Shown here: positions 20,844-28,310 of the stretch, in pieces
Layout of the letters: each line of letters starts with the position of its first letter
Numbering within the stretch: position 1 is the first letter of the stretch
Assembly: GCA_038227745.1 (NCBI GenBank)
Contig: JBBRPS010000015.1
Coordinates: 501-32,500 of the forward strand
Length of the DNA: 32,000 nt
Direction: 5' to 3'
Source: Gemmatales bacterium
GTDB taxonomy: Bacteria; Planctomycetota; Planctomycetia; Gemmatales; Gemmataceae
Notes under the pieces: model-generated
The model's input: the letters and a program-made list of their open reading frames with translations, nothing else
The model's database searches: none
Told to the model about the DNA's origin: nothing
Made by a program: the position numbers and the translations under genes

Positions 20844-22286
20844 ATGCGTTCGGTTCGCGCTGTCCTTGCCCTGGCGGCCCTGGCCGCGAGCGTGTCGTCG
20901 TCCGCGGCGGGCAAGGGCGGGGACGCGACCGCCGAGCGCCTGGTCGGGCAACTCGGCAGCAAGAAGTACGCCGAGCGTGAGACGGCGGCCCGCAAACTCG
21001 ACACGCTCGGCGCGCGGGCGCTCCCCGCACTGCGCGACGCCGTCCGCAACGCCGACCTCGAGGTCCGCCGCCGGGCCCAGCAGATCCTCGCGCGCCTCGA
21101 GAGGCGCCTCGACGCCGTCCGCTTCCTGGCCCCGACCCGCCTCTGCCTTACCTGGAAGGGCACGCCCCTCCCCCAGGCAGTCCGTGAACTGGCCGCCCGG
21201 ACCGGGCTCGACGTCCGCCTCGACGGCGACGACGCCGGACTGGCGAGCCGCAAGCTCACCCTCGACACCGGGGACGCAACGCTGTGGGAGGCCCTCGACC
21301 GCTTCTGCCGGGCGGCCGGCCTGTCGGAGGCCCCGCCCGGCGACAGCGTGAACCCGACCGCGGACCAGGCGGCCGACTCCGCCCTCGTTCTCACCGGCGC
21401 CCGCACCCGCCGCCCGCCGACGCACCTGGCCGGCTCCGTCCGCCTGCGGGCGCTGCCGGCCGGGGCCGTCATTCCCAGCGCCCGCCGTCCCCATCCCGGC
21501 CCAGACCTGATCTTCCTCCTGGAAGCGCGGCCCGAACCGAAGGTGGCGTGGCAAGGCATCAGTCGAGTGCGCGTCCTCCGCGCCGTGGACGAGCACGGAC
21601 AGTCCCTGGTGCAGCCCGAGCCGTTCCTGGCCGTCGATCCCATTTCGGCGGTCGATGAGGAACGGCCGCTGCGCTGGGACGCGATGTGGGGCACGCCGGT
21701 AGCGGCGCTGCCGGGGCGGACGGTGCCGGTGCGCGTGGCGGCCGGCAAGAAGGCTGCGGCACGCCTGAAGGAGGTCGAGGGCGTCCTCACCGCACGGATC
21801 CTGGCGGCCGGGCCGCTCGTCACGGTGGACAACGTGCTGAAGGCCGAGGGGCGGACGGTGATAGGCCCAGGAGGCGAGATGATGAAATTGACGCGGGCCC
21901 GCCGCGACGGCCCAACGCTGACGCTGCACGTCGAGGCGCGGCCGTCGGCGTCGAGCGGGGCCGCACCCTTCCACGTGGTCCGGAGCCCCAAGGGGGTGCT
22001 GTTGATGCAAGGCGGCGTGCAGACCGCGAAATCCAGCCTCGACCTGCTGGACGCCGCCGGCACCCCCCTGAAGCCGGTGAGCAGGGAGCGGCGCCTGAAT
22101 CCCGACCCGCGCGGCGGACTGGTACTCGAATTCACCCTCGTTTATACGCTACGCCCCGGTCAGCCGCCGCCGAGCCACCTGGTGTGGACCGGGCCGCGCG
22201 TCCTGCCCGTGGACATCCCGTTCCTGCTGCGCGACGTCCCGGTGATGGTTCAGAAGCCGCGTGCCTCCATCGCCCCAGTCCCGTGA
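20844..22286 (+). CDS. Secreted hypothetical protein with an N-terminal HEAT-like module
   Basis: Start placed at ATG 20844 (MRSVRAVLALAALAASVSSSAAG signal peptide). KKYAERETAARKLDTLGARALPALRDAVRNADLEVRRRAQQIL is typical of planctomycete exported proteins. Confidence 0.7.
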   Translation: MRSVRAVLALAALAASVSSSAAGKGGDATAERLVGQLGSKKYAERETAARKLDTLGARALPALRDAVRNADLEVRRRAQQILARLERRLDAVRFLAPTRLCLTWKGTPLPQAVRELAARTGLDVRLDGDDAGLASRKLTLDTGDATLWEALDRFCRAAGLSEAPPGDSVNPTADQAADSALVLTGARTRRPPTHLAGSVRLRALPAGAVIPSARRPHPGPDLIFLLEARPEPKVAWQGISRVRVLRAVDEHGQSLVQPEPFLAVDPISAVDEERPLRWDAMWGTPVAALPGRTVPVRVAAGKKAAARLKEVEGVLTARILAAGPLVTVDNVLKAEGRTVIGPGGEMMKLTRARRDGPTLTLHVEARPSASSGAAPFHVVRSPKGVLLMQGGVQTAKSSLDLLDAAGTPLKPVSRERRLNPDPRGGLVLEFTLVYTLRPGQPPPSHLVWTGPRVLPVDIPFLLRDVPVMVQKPRASIAPVP

Positions 22287-22298
22287 CTCCCCGACGAG

Positions 22299-23315
22299 TC
22301 AGGAGCCGCCGTACGCAGGGACGGCGTCCAGGTCCAGAGCCGCCCACTGCCCGAGCCGCCACTTCTCGATGGCGACGGCGGCCATCGCCGCGTTGTCGGT
22401 GCAGAGCCCCAGCGGTGGGATGAACAGTTCGGCCCCCTCCTCGGCGGTCATGCGCTCCAGCGCCGCGCGGAGCGGGCGGTTGGCCGCCACACCGCCCCCG
22501 ACCGCCAGCCGCTTCAGGCTCGTGCGCCGCAGCCCCTGCCGCGCCTTTTCCGTCAGCACGTCCACGACCGCCTGCTGGAAGCTGGCCGCCACGTCGGCGC
22601 GCAGCGGGCCGGGGCCCGGCGGCTCGCCGCGCGCCACCCCCTGGCCGTGGACCGTGTAGAGGACCGCCGTCTTCAGGCCGCTGAAGCTGAAGTCGAGCCG
22701 CTCCTCGTGGAGGAACGAGCGCGGGAAGCGATGGGCTTGCGGGTTGCCGGACTCCGCCTCGCGCTCGACGGCCGGGCCGCCGGGGAAGCCGAGGCCGAGG
22801 ATGCTCGCCACCTTGTCGAACGCCTCGCCGGCCGCGTCGTCCAGCGTGGCGCCGAGCAACTCGAAGTTCAAAGCGGTCCGGCAGTGGAACAGGCTCGTGT
22901 GACCGCCGCTGACGACCAGGCCGACGCACGGAAAGATGTCGCGGCCCGCGGCGAGGCGGCAGGCGTAGACGTGCGCCTCGATGTGGTTGGCGCTGATGAG
23001 CGGCACCTCCAGGGCCAGCGCCAGCATCTTCGCGGCGCTGACGCCGACCAGCAGCGCCCCGACCAGCCCCGGCGTGTTGAGTACCGCCACGCAGCCGACC
23101 TGTTCGAGCCGCACGCCGGCGCGGCGCAGGGCCTCGTCGATGACGGGCAGGAGGCGCTGGAGGTGGGCGCGCGCCGCCACCTCGGGCACGACGCCGCCGA
23201 AGCGCTGGTGCAGTTCGGTCTGCGAGGCGACGACGTTCGCCAGCAGGCGCGGCTCTTCGGTGAACACCGCGGCGGCGGTCTCGTCGCAGCTCGTCTCGAT
23301 CGCGAGGAAGAACAT
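22299..23315 (-). CDS. tsaD: tRNA N6-adenosine threonylcarbamoyltransferase
   Basis: MFFLAIETSCDETAAAVF, NHIEAHVYA metal site, VSGGHTSL and GGVAAN motifs of Kae1/TsaD. Confidence 0.93.
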   Translation of the reverse strand: MFFLAIETSCDETAAAVFTEEPRLLANVVASQTELHQRFGGVVPEVAARAHLQRLLPVIDEALRRAGVRLEQVGCVAVLNTPGLVGALLVGVSAAKMLALALEVPLISANHIEAHVYACRLAAGRDIFPCVGLVVSGGHTSLFHCRTALNFELLGATLDDAAGEAFDKVASILGLGFPGGPAVEREAESGNPQAHRFPRSFLHEERLDFSFSGLKTAVLYTVHGQGVARGEPPGPGPLRADVAASFQQAVVDVLTEKARQGLRRTSLKRLAVGGGVAANRPLRAALERMTAEEGAELFIPPLGLCTDNAAMAAVAIEKWRLGQWAALDLDAVPAYGGS

Positions 23316-23431
23316 GGGGAAACGGGCCCGTTCCGGCTAAACGAGTGGTTGACTTCAGCGCTGCAGCATGAGCAGGGTGACGTCGTTTCCAATTCATAAC
23401 ACCCGAAAGTTGGGTGTCGGCAGAGGCTGTT

Positions 23432-23588
23432 CTAGGCCCATATTCCGCACCCTAACGGATGTACACTGTGTTTTCCTTGGAGATATCAGCCGCCATCACG
23501 GGGTGAAATAATTTCCTCCCTCCGAGGAGGCTTATATCTCTATGAGAAATATGGTGCACATCCGTTAGGGTGCGGAATATGGGTCTAG
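23432..23588. repeat. 157-bp nested palindromic, MITE-like element with a low-GC core
   Basis: 35-nt terminal arms CTAGGCCCATATTCCGCACCCTAACGGATGTACAC (23432-23466) and GTGCACATCCGTTAGGGTGCGGAATATGGGTCTAG (23554-23588) match as reverse complements at 33 of 35 positions. Inner inverted repeat GGAGATATCAGCC / GGCTTATATCTC and a central CCTCC...GGAGG. Confidence 0.7.
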
Positions 23589-23646
23589 GGGCGAGGTCAG
23601 GCAACGGCACGCTGAGCCGATGAGTTCGCGGAGGTCCGCGGGGCGG

Positions 23647-24012
23647 TCAGCGGCCGAGGGCCTTGCGGAGGCGGTCGAGGGGGGTGGGTGTCGCGGCTGG
23701 GTCGAACCGGGCGCCCAGGACGGTGGCGCTTCCCCGGGCCGCTCTGGGATCGTCAAATAGCACATAGGCTTCGCCTTCCAGGCCGGTCCAGTGAAAGACC
23801 GAGGTATCTCTGCAACCCTCGGTAACGATGACTTGGCAGCGACCCCATCCGCCCAGGATGGACTCCACTTCCGCAAGGGGCATCCCACGCCGGATGCGCC
23901 TGACGTTCGCCTCGGTCACGCCAGGCGCCGGCCCCAGCACCGCGTACGTCGCCATGAACGCCAGCGCCACCAGCAGCATTCCGACGCCCAGCAGAAAGAC
24001 CCAGCGCGGCAT
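23647..24012 (-). CDS. Small N-terminally anchored hypothetical protein
   Basis: 121 aa behind GGGAGGG. TM segment WVFLLGVGMLLVALAFMATYAVL. Good third-position GC bias. Confidence 0.7.
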   Translation of the reverse strand: MPRWVFLLGVGMLLVALAFMATYAVLGPAPGVTEANVRRIRRGMPLAEVESILGGWGRCQVIVTEGCRDTSVFHWTGLEGEAYVLFDDPRAARGSATVLGARFDPAATPTPLDRLRKALGR

Positions 24013-24027
24013 GGCAACGCCCTCCCG

Positions 24028-24210
24028 TCAGTCCTTGCGTTCGTCCGCGTCCCGGCCTTTCTCGGCTGGGGAACCCTGCCCGCACGCCTCCCTGGCGGCA
24101 TCGAGCGTCAGCAAGGCCATCCCGGCGACGGAGAACACGATAAGGGTCAGGCCCAGCCCTTCCACCCCACACACAGTGGGCAAGTCGGTGATGGCGGGCG
24201 TGCCGACCAC
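24028..24210 (-). CDS. Possible 60-aa single-TM protein
   Basis: GLGLTLIVFSVAGMALLTL hydrophobic segment and coding-like codon bias. Ends 15 nt before the next gene. Confidence 0.4.
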   Translation of the reverse strand: MVGTPAITDLPTVCGVEGLGLTLIVFSVAGMALLTLDAAREACGQGSPAEKGRDADERKD

Positions 24211-24226
24211 TGCACGCCGTCATCGG

Positions 24227-24388
24227 TCAAGCAATCGGGTTCAGGCCCGCTCTCTCAAGGAGTGAGCGGGGCACGGCCTCGACCACATCCAGCTGCGACA
24301 GCGAAAAGAAAGCGTTCGTCGTGAACAAGTCGCACACCCTCGCCAACTCCTGGAACATCTCGTTGATGCAGGGCTGCGCCAGCTCCAC
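24227..24388 (-). CDS. Possible 53-codon ORF or gene remnant (GTG start)
   Basis: Not in the ORF track. The frame reads VELAQPCINEMFQELARVCDLFTTNAFFSLSQLDVVEAVPRSLLERAGLNPIA* with GC-rich third positions. No recognisable family. Confidence 0.2.
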   Translation of the reverse strand: MELAQPCINEMFQELARVCDLFTTNAFFSLSQLDVVEAVPRSLLERAGLNPIA

Positions 24389-24483
24389 CGGCGCCTGCCC
24401 CCAGCGCGCCGGCGTAGGCGCACGCCAACACCGTCTGGTCTTTCGGGGCCGATTGGTTTAGCCGGCGCGGGATCCGCCGACTC

Positions 24484-26964
24484 TCAGGCTTTTCCCGCCT
24501 TCCGGCGGCGCAACCCGATCCCGAACTGCCGCAGCAGCCCCGGGAGCTGGCGGACGAGGTTATAGTCGTACCTCTTCTCCTCCGCCGACAACTCCTGCCA
24601 CGCCTTGAGATTCGGATGACGCCGCTTGCCCTCGGCGCGCGGCCCCGGCGTCCAACCGTCCAGCAACCGCTCCACGTTCCAGCGGCCGTGCTCCATCTCC
24701 GCCAGCGTCCCCTCCTCTTCTGGCGTGAACGTAAAGGGCTCGCCCGCCCGCAGGTCGCCCGCGGGGAACGCCTCGATCCCCAGGTAGCGCAGCTTCACTG
24801 CGATGTGATCGACCAGCTGCAGACTCGACTCCTTGTACAGCGGCGGCAGTTCCTCCCACTCCGCCAGCGAAATGTTTTCGGCCTTCTTCGCACGCCGGTG
24901 CTCGTCGTGCAGACAGCGCGCCAGTTCCTCCCGCCGTTGGGCGACATCCGCGAAAGGCGGGAATGGCGCCTCGACGAAGTTCCACAGCGTCATCGCGTCC
25001 ACCGGCAGCCGCACCAGCCCCTTGATCGACCACCACTCCGCGTCCGCCGCCAGCTTGTTCGCCTCGCGGCCGCTGTCGTCTACCACACCCACCCGGGCCC
25101 CCAACGCCAGCGCCAGCCGGTACTCGAACGCCGCGATCCGCCCGCCGTTGATCCCGAGCAACTTCACGTCGGTCGCCCGGACGCCCGCCGCGAGCAGGTC
25201 GATCCAGTTCTGCAGCGGCTGCAGTGGCGTGAAGTCCCTGGCACCGGCCGTGTAGCACTCGTAGGCGGGGTGCGGTGCGACGCCCGCGGGCAGCGCCTCG
25301 GGGAGGTAGGCCACCGCACGGATCCGGCCACCGGACTCCGCCGCCAGCTCGCCGACCAGGCCGCTGATCCCCGCCGAGGTGCCGCCGGAGAGGATCGTGC
25401 CCGTGAACGTGGCGAACGTCGACCGCAGCAGCGTCCCGTACGCCTGCATCCGGGCCTCGACGCTCTCGTCACAGCCGCCCGCCACGATCACGACCCGCCC
25501 CCCGAAGTCCGGACCGTCCTGCGAACGGAGGCCTGCCAGGTGTGCCGGCGCCCCGGCGTCGGCCCGGACGGCCTTCCCCAGCAGGAGCAGCCGTCGGACC
25601 CAGTCCGCCCCCTCCGGCAGGCCGCTCGCCCCGTCCAGCTGATCCACGACCGCCAGGGCGGCGTCGAACATGAACTCGGCCCCGGAGCGCACCGCCCGCG
25701 CGTAGGCCGCCAGACTCTCGTACGGCTGGCCCCGCAGCAGGTGCAGTTCGCCGAGCTGGAAGTACGCCCAGGGCAGGTTCACCTCCGCCTCGATCTGGTC
25801 GCGGCAACGGCGGATGGCTGCGTCCAGGGTCGGCTGCAGCAGAGCCAGGAACGAGGCGCTCTTCGTCTGGCCGATCCGGCCGCGCACGCACCCCACCAGC
25901 ACACGCGGGTTGGCAGGGTCCTTCTCGAAAGCCCTCTCGTACCACTGCCGGGCCGCGCTCGCGCCCCCCTCCCCCGCGCCGGCCAGTGCGTCCGCCAGGG
26001 CCATGAGCCCCTCGACGTCCTCGGGGTCGGCGCGGACGGCATCCTCGAGGAAAGCCCTTCCCTCCCGGTGGCCCGGACCGCCCGGGTCTCCCTTGTGCTG
26101 CTCGCACAGGGCGATCCCGGCGCACAGGCGGAGGCGGTGGGGCGGTCGCCGCGCGAAATCCTTCACGAGCGCCGTCACCCGGTCCCACTTCCCCAGGCGC
26201 AGCGCCAGGCGGGCGATCTGGTGGGCCAGGCCCGCGTTGCCGGGATCCTTGCTAAACACCAACTCCAGCACTTCCAGCTCGTGCTCCGCCTCGGCCGAAC
26301 TCTTGTCCCCGGCGACGCCGGTCTGGTAGGCGGTGACGGCGTCCGCGATCCGCGTACAGGCCTCGTCGACCGCCTCCAGCAGGGCGGCCATCTGGGCGTA
26401 CTCGCGCTCCAACCGGGCCGGCACCAGGAAGCCGCTCTTGTACAGGCGGTCGTGGCCGACGTCCGCCCAGCAGTGCTCGGCAATGGTGCGCACCTGGACC
26501 TCCGCCCGCAGGTCCCGGCGCAGGGCCCCGGGCTCGACCGGGACGTCCTCGGTGGGGAAGATCCCGTTCCGGAACTGCACGACGTGGTGGACCGAGCGAT
26601 ACCAGAATTCCCGCGCGCGCAGGTGCTTGGCCGGGTCGTGCTCGGCCACCTCCTCGACCCGGAAGTGCTTCTTGATCCAGGCGCTGAAGGCGTGCGCCTC
26701 GGCCCGCGTGTGAACGATGACCCGGGCGCCGCACAGGTCGATCATCTGCACCAGCGGCTCGCGGTAGCCCTTGCGCAGGATCTTCTCCGCGAAGCTCACG
26801 ATGCTCTTCGTCCGGCTCTGCACCAGGGCGTGGGGGGCGACCACCAGGGCGGCGTGTTTCAAAATCCGCTCGAGGCTTTGGGTGTACGCCTCGCACTCGG
26901 GGCGGATGGCCTCGAAGAGGCAGACCTGCCCCTCAAACCATTGCCGATCAACCGTTCCGCTCAT
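24484..26964 (-). CDS. Multidomain RelA/SpoT-like nucleotide pyrophosphokinase - TPR - SLOG (TRPM/LSDAT-type) - RyR-domain protein
   Basis: Start placed at ATG 26964 (MSGTVDRQWF) behind GGGAGAG. RelA/SpoT blocks: SRTKSIVSFAEKILRK, DLCGARVIV, FWYRSVHHVV, AEVQVRTIAEHCWADVGHDRLYK. Helical repeats at about aa 220-488. SLOG-like VVIVAGG...GTILSGGTSAGISGLVGE...LLGINGGRIAAFEY...VVDDSGREANKLA at about aa 489-670. Two RyR-like units: LHDEHRR...WEELPPLYKESSLQLVDHI and EMEHGRWNVERLLDGWTPGP...KRRHPNLKAWQELSAEEKRYDYNLV. Confidence 0.85.
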   Translation of the reverse strand: MSGTVDRQWFEGQVCLFEAIRPECEAYTQSLERILKHAALVVAPHALVQSRTKSIVSFAEKILRKGYREPLVQMIDLCGARVIVHTRAEAHAFSAWIKKHFRVEEVAEHDPAKHLRAREFWYRSVHHVVQFRNGIFPTEDVPVEPGALRRDLRAEVQVRTIAEHCWADVGHDRLYKSGFLVPARLEREYAQMAALLEAVDEACTRIADAVTAYQTGVAGDKSSAEAEHELEVLELVFSKDPGNAGLAHQIARLALRLGKWDRVTALVKDFARRPPHRLRLCAGIALCEQHKGDPGGPGHREGRAFLEDAVRADPEDVEGLMALADALAGAGEGGASAARQWYERAFEKDPANPRVLVGCVRGRIGQTKSASFLALLQPTLDAAIRRCRDQIEAEVNLPWAYFQLGELHLLRGQPYESLAAYARAVRSGAEFMFDAALAVVDQLDGASGLPEGADWVRRLLLLGKAVRADAGAPAHLAGLRSQDGPDFGGRVVIVAGGCDESVEARMQAYGTLLRSTFATFTGTILSGGTSAGISGLVGELAAESGGRIRAVAYLPEALPAGVAPHPAYECYTAGARDFTPLQPLQNWIDLLAAGVRATDVKLLGINGGRIAAFEYRLALALGARVGVVDDSGREANKLAADAEWWSIKGLVRLPVDAMTLWNFVEAPFPPFADVAQRREELARCLHDEHRRAKKAENISLAEWEELPPLYKESSLQLVDHIAVKLRYLGIEAFPAGDLRAGEPFTFTPEEEGTLAEMEHGRWNVERLLDGWTPGPRAEGKRRHPNLKAWQELSAEEKRYDYNLVRQLPGLLRQFGIGLRRRKAGKA

Positions 26965-26978
26965 GACACTCTCCCGAG

Positions 26979-27043
26979 GCTGCAGGTCAGGATTTTCAAC
27001 CTGACGGAGTTGACTTGTTGGGCTGGGAATCCTGACCTGCAGC
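26979..27043 (-). promoter_or_regulatory. Perfect 16-bp inverted repeat abutting the RBS of the RelA/SpoT-SLOG gene
   Basis: GCTGCAGGTCAGGATT (26979-26994) and AATCCTGACCTGCAGC (27028-27043). A competing 6-bp pairing exists between GTCAGG (26986-26991) and CCTGAC (27000-27005). On the mRNA strand the stem ends 3 nt before GGGAGAG-N7-ATG, and no U-tract follows. Confidence 0.5.
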
Positions 27044-27062
27044 AAATCGAGGGCACGCTGCG

Positions 27063-28310
27063 TCAGAGCAACCCGCCGTACCGAATACTGGACAGGACGT
27101 GCATCAGGACGAGGGCCAGCAGGGCCCAGGCCGCGGGGGCATGCACCAGCAGCCAGCCCCGCGTCAGTCGCCGGAACCAGTATTCCAGGTCCATCTGCCG
27201 CCGCTCCTCGACCCAGAGCCACAGCTGGTCCACCCGGCCGACTTCCCCGGGGGGCGCCAGCTCGCGCGCACGCAGGTAGTGGTTGCGCGGCACCGGCTCC
27301 AGCGCCTCGGCGCTCAACAGCCAGCCCCAGGAAGGGAACCCGGAGCGCAGGTAGCCGCTCACCTCTTCGGCGAAGAAGCGCTTGACGGTCTCGGGCGGCC
27401 GGTCACTCCGGCGGACCAGGTCAGGGCAGGCCGCCTCCAGGAAGAGGCGGTTGCGCCGCTCCGTCTGTGCCACGGAGAGGTCCTTGGCCCGCAGCGCCAG
27501 TAATTCTCGCCCCTCCGCCGTGAGCGGGAACCCGGCGGGGTCTTGCCCCTGCCAGAAGTTCTGCGACGTGAGCAGCTCATTCAGTGCGGCCAGGATCAGG
27601 CGCCGGTCATCCTCCGACCCCGGGGCGGCGTCGGCCACACGCCGGATCGCCGTCCGCGGGTTGGCGCCGAGCGGCTTCGCGTTCCAGACCACCCGGTGGA
27701 GCGGGCCGCCCGACTGGAGGATGGCCTTGCAGAATTCGCCCCAGGCGAGGACGTCCGAGTCGAGCACCATGGAGTAATTCTCCATCAACTCGGTGGAGCG
27801 GGCGATCAGGGCCAGCCGCTCGAACGCCAGCCGCTCGCCGGCCAGCTCGCGGTCGAGCAGCAGGGCCAGCAGGCGGAAGACAAGGCGCTGCAGCGCCATC
27901 CCGACCATGCCCGACAACAGGACCAGGGCGAACACGATGACCACCCACAGCGTCAGGCCGCCGCGGAAGAGGTGGCCGCGACCATGGAGGATCACCAGGC
28001 CGAAGGCGAGGTAGGCGGCGCCGATGTGCCAGCGCAGCCAGCGCGTCATGTTGCCGCGGGGCCGCTGCAGCGACAGGCGCCGCCAGGGGTACAGGTACGG
28101 GATCAACAGGGCGACCAGGGCGGGGTAGCCGAGGAAGCGGCATGCCCGGCGGAACGCCGGCGCCTCGACGTCCACGAAAGGGAGGCAGGCGAGGGTGAGC
28201 CAGGCGGCGGCGGGCATCACCGCCCAGAGGAAGAGGGCGTAGGGGTGCGGGGTGCCGGGGTTGGCGCGAGGGGGGGACATTGCTCGGCTCCAGGGGTGCG
28301 GCGCCTTCAT
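27063..28310 (-). CDS. Five-TM membrane protein with paired histidines in TM helices (possible b-type cytochrome-like anchor) and a large soluble insert
   Basis: Start placed at ATG 28310, which overlaps the upstream stop as ATGA. TM segments YALFLWAVMPAAAWLTLACLPFV, FLGYPALVALLIPYLYPW, WHIGAAYLAFGLVILHG, LTLWVVIVFALVLLSGMVGMAL and C-terminal WLLVHAPAAWALLALVLMHVL. The ORF-track extension to 28790 is an Arg-rich overlap with the upstream gene. Confidence 0.78.
   Translation of the reverse strand: MKAPHPWSRAMSPPRANPGTPHPYALFLWAVMPAAAWLTLACLPFVDVEAPAFRRACRFLGYPALVALLIPYLYPWRRLSLQRPRGNMTRWLRWHIGAAYLAFGLVILHGRGHLFRGGLTLWVVIVFALVLLSGMVGMALQRLVFRLLALLLDRELAGERLAFERLALIARSTELMENYSMVLDSDVLAWGEFCKAILQSGGPLHRVVWNAKPLGANPRTAIRRVADAAPGSEDDRRLILAALNELLTSQNFWQGQDPAGFPLTAEGRELLALRAKDLSVAQTERRNRLFLEAACPDLVRRSDRPPETVKRFFAEEVSGYLRSGFPSWGWLLSAEALEPVPRNHYLRARELAPPGEVGRVDQLWLWVEERRQMDLEYWFRRLTRGWLLVHAPAAWALLALVLMHVLSSIRYGGLL

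Noticed and set aside
26965-27222. 86-codon N-terminal extension of the RelA/SpoT-SLOG ORF in the ORF track, and likewise 28311..28790 for the membrane protein, 3518..3583 for the DUF164 gene, 5299..5349 for rpoD and 7484..7744 for the 7745 gene.
   Set aside because: The extensions are low-complexity, overlap upstream genes or hairpins, and lack an RBS. Internal ATGs have GGAG-type Shine-Dalgarno sequences, and the recognisable protein families start there.
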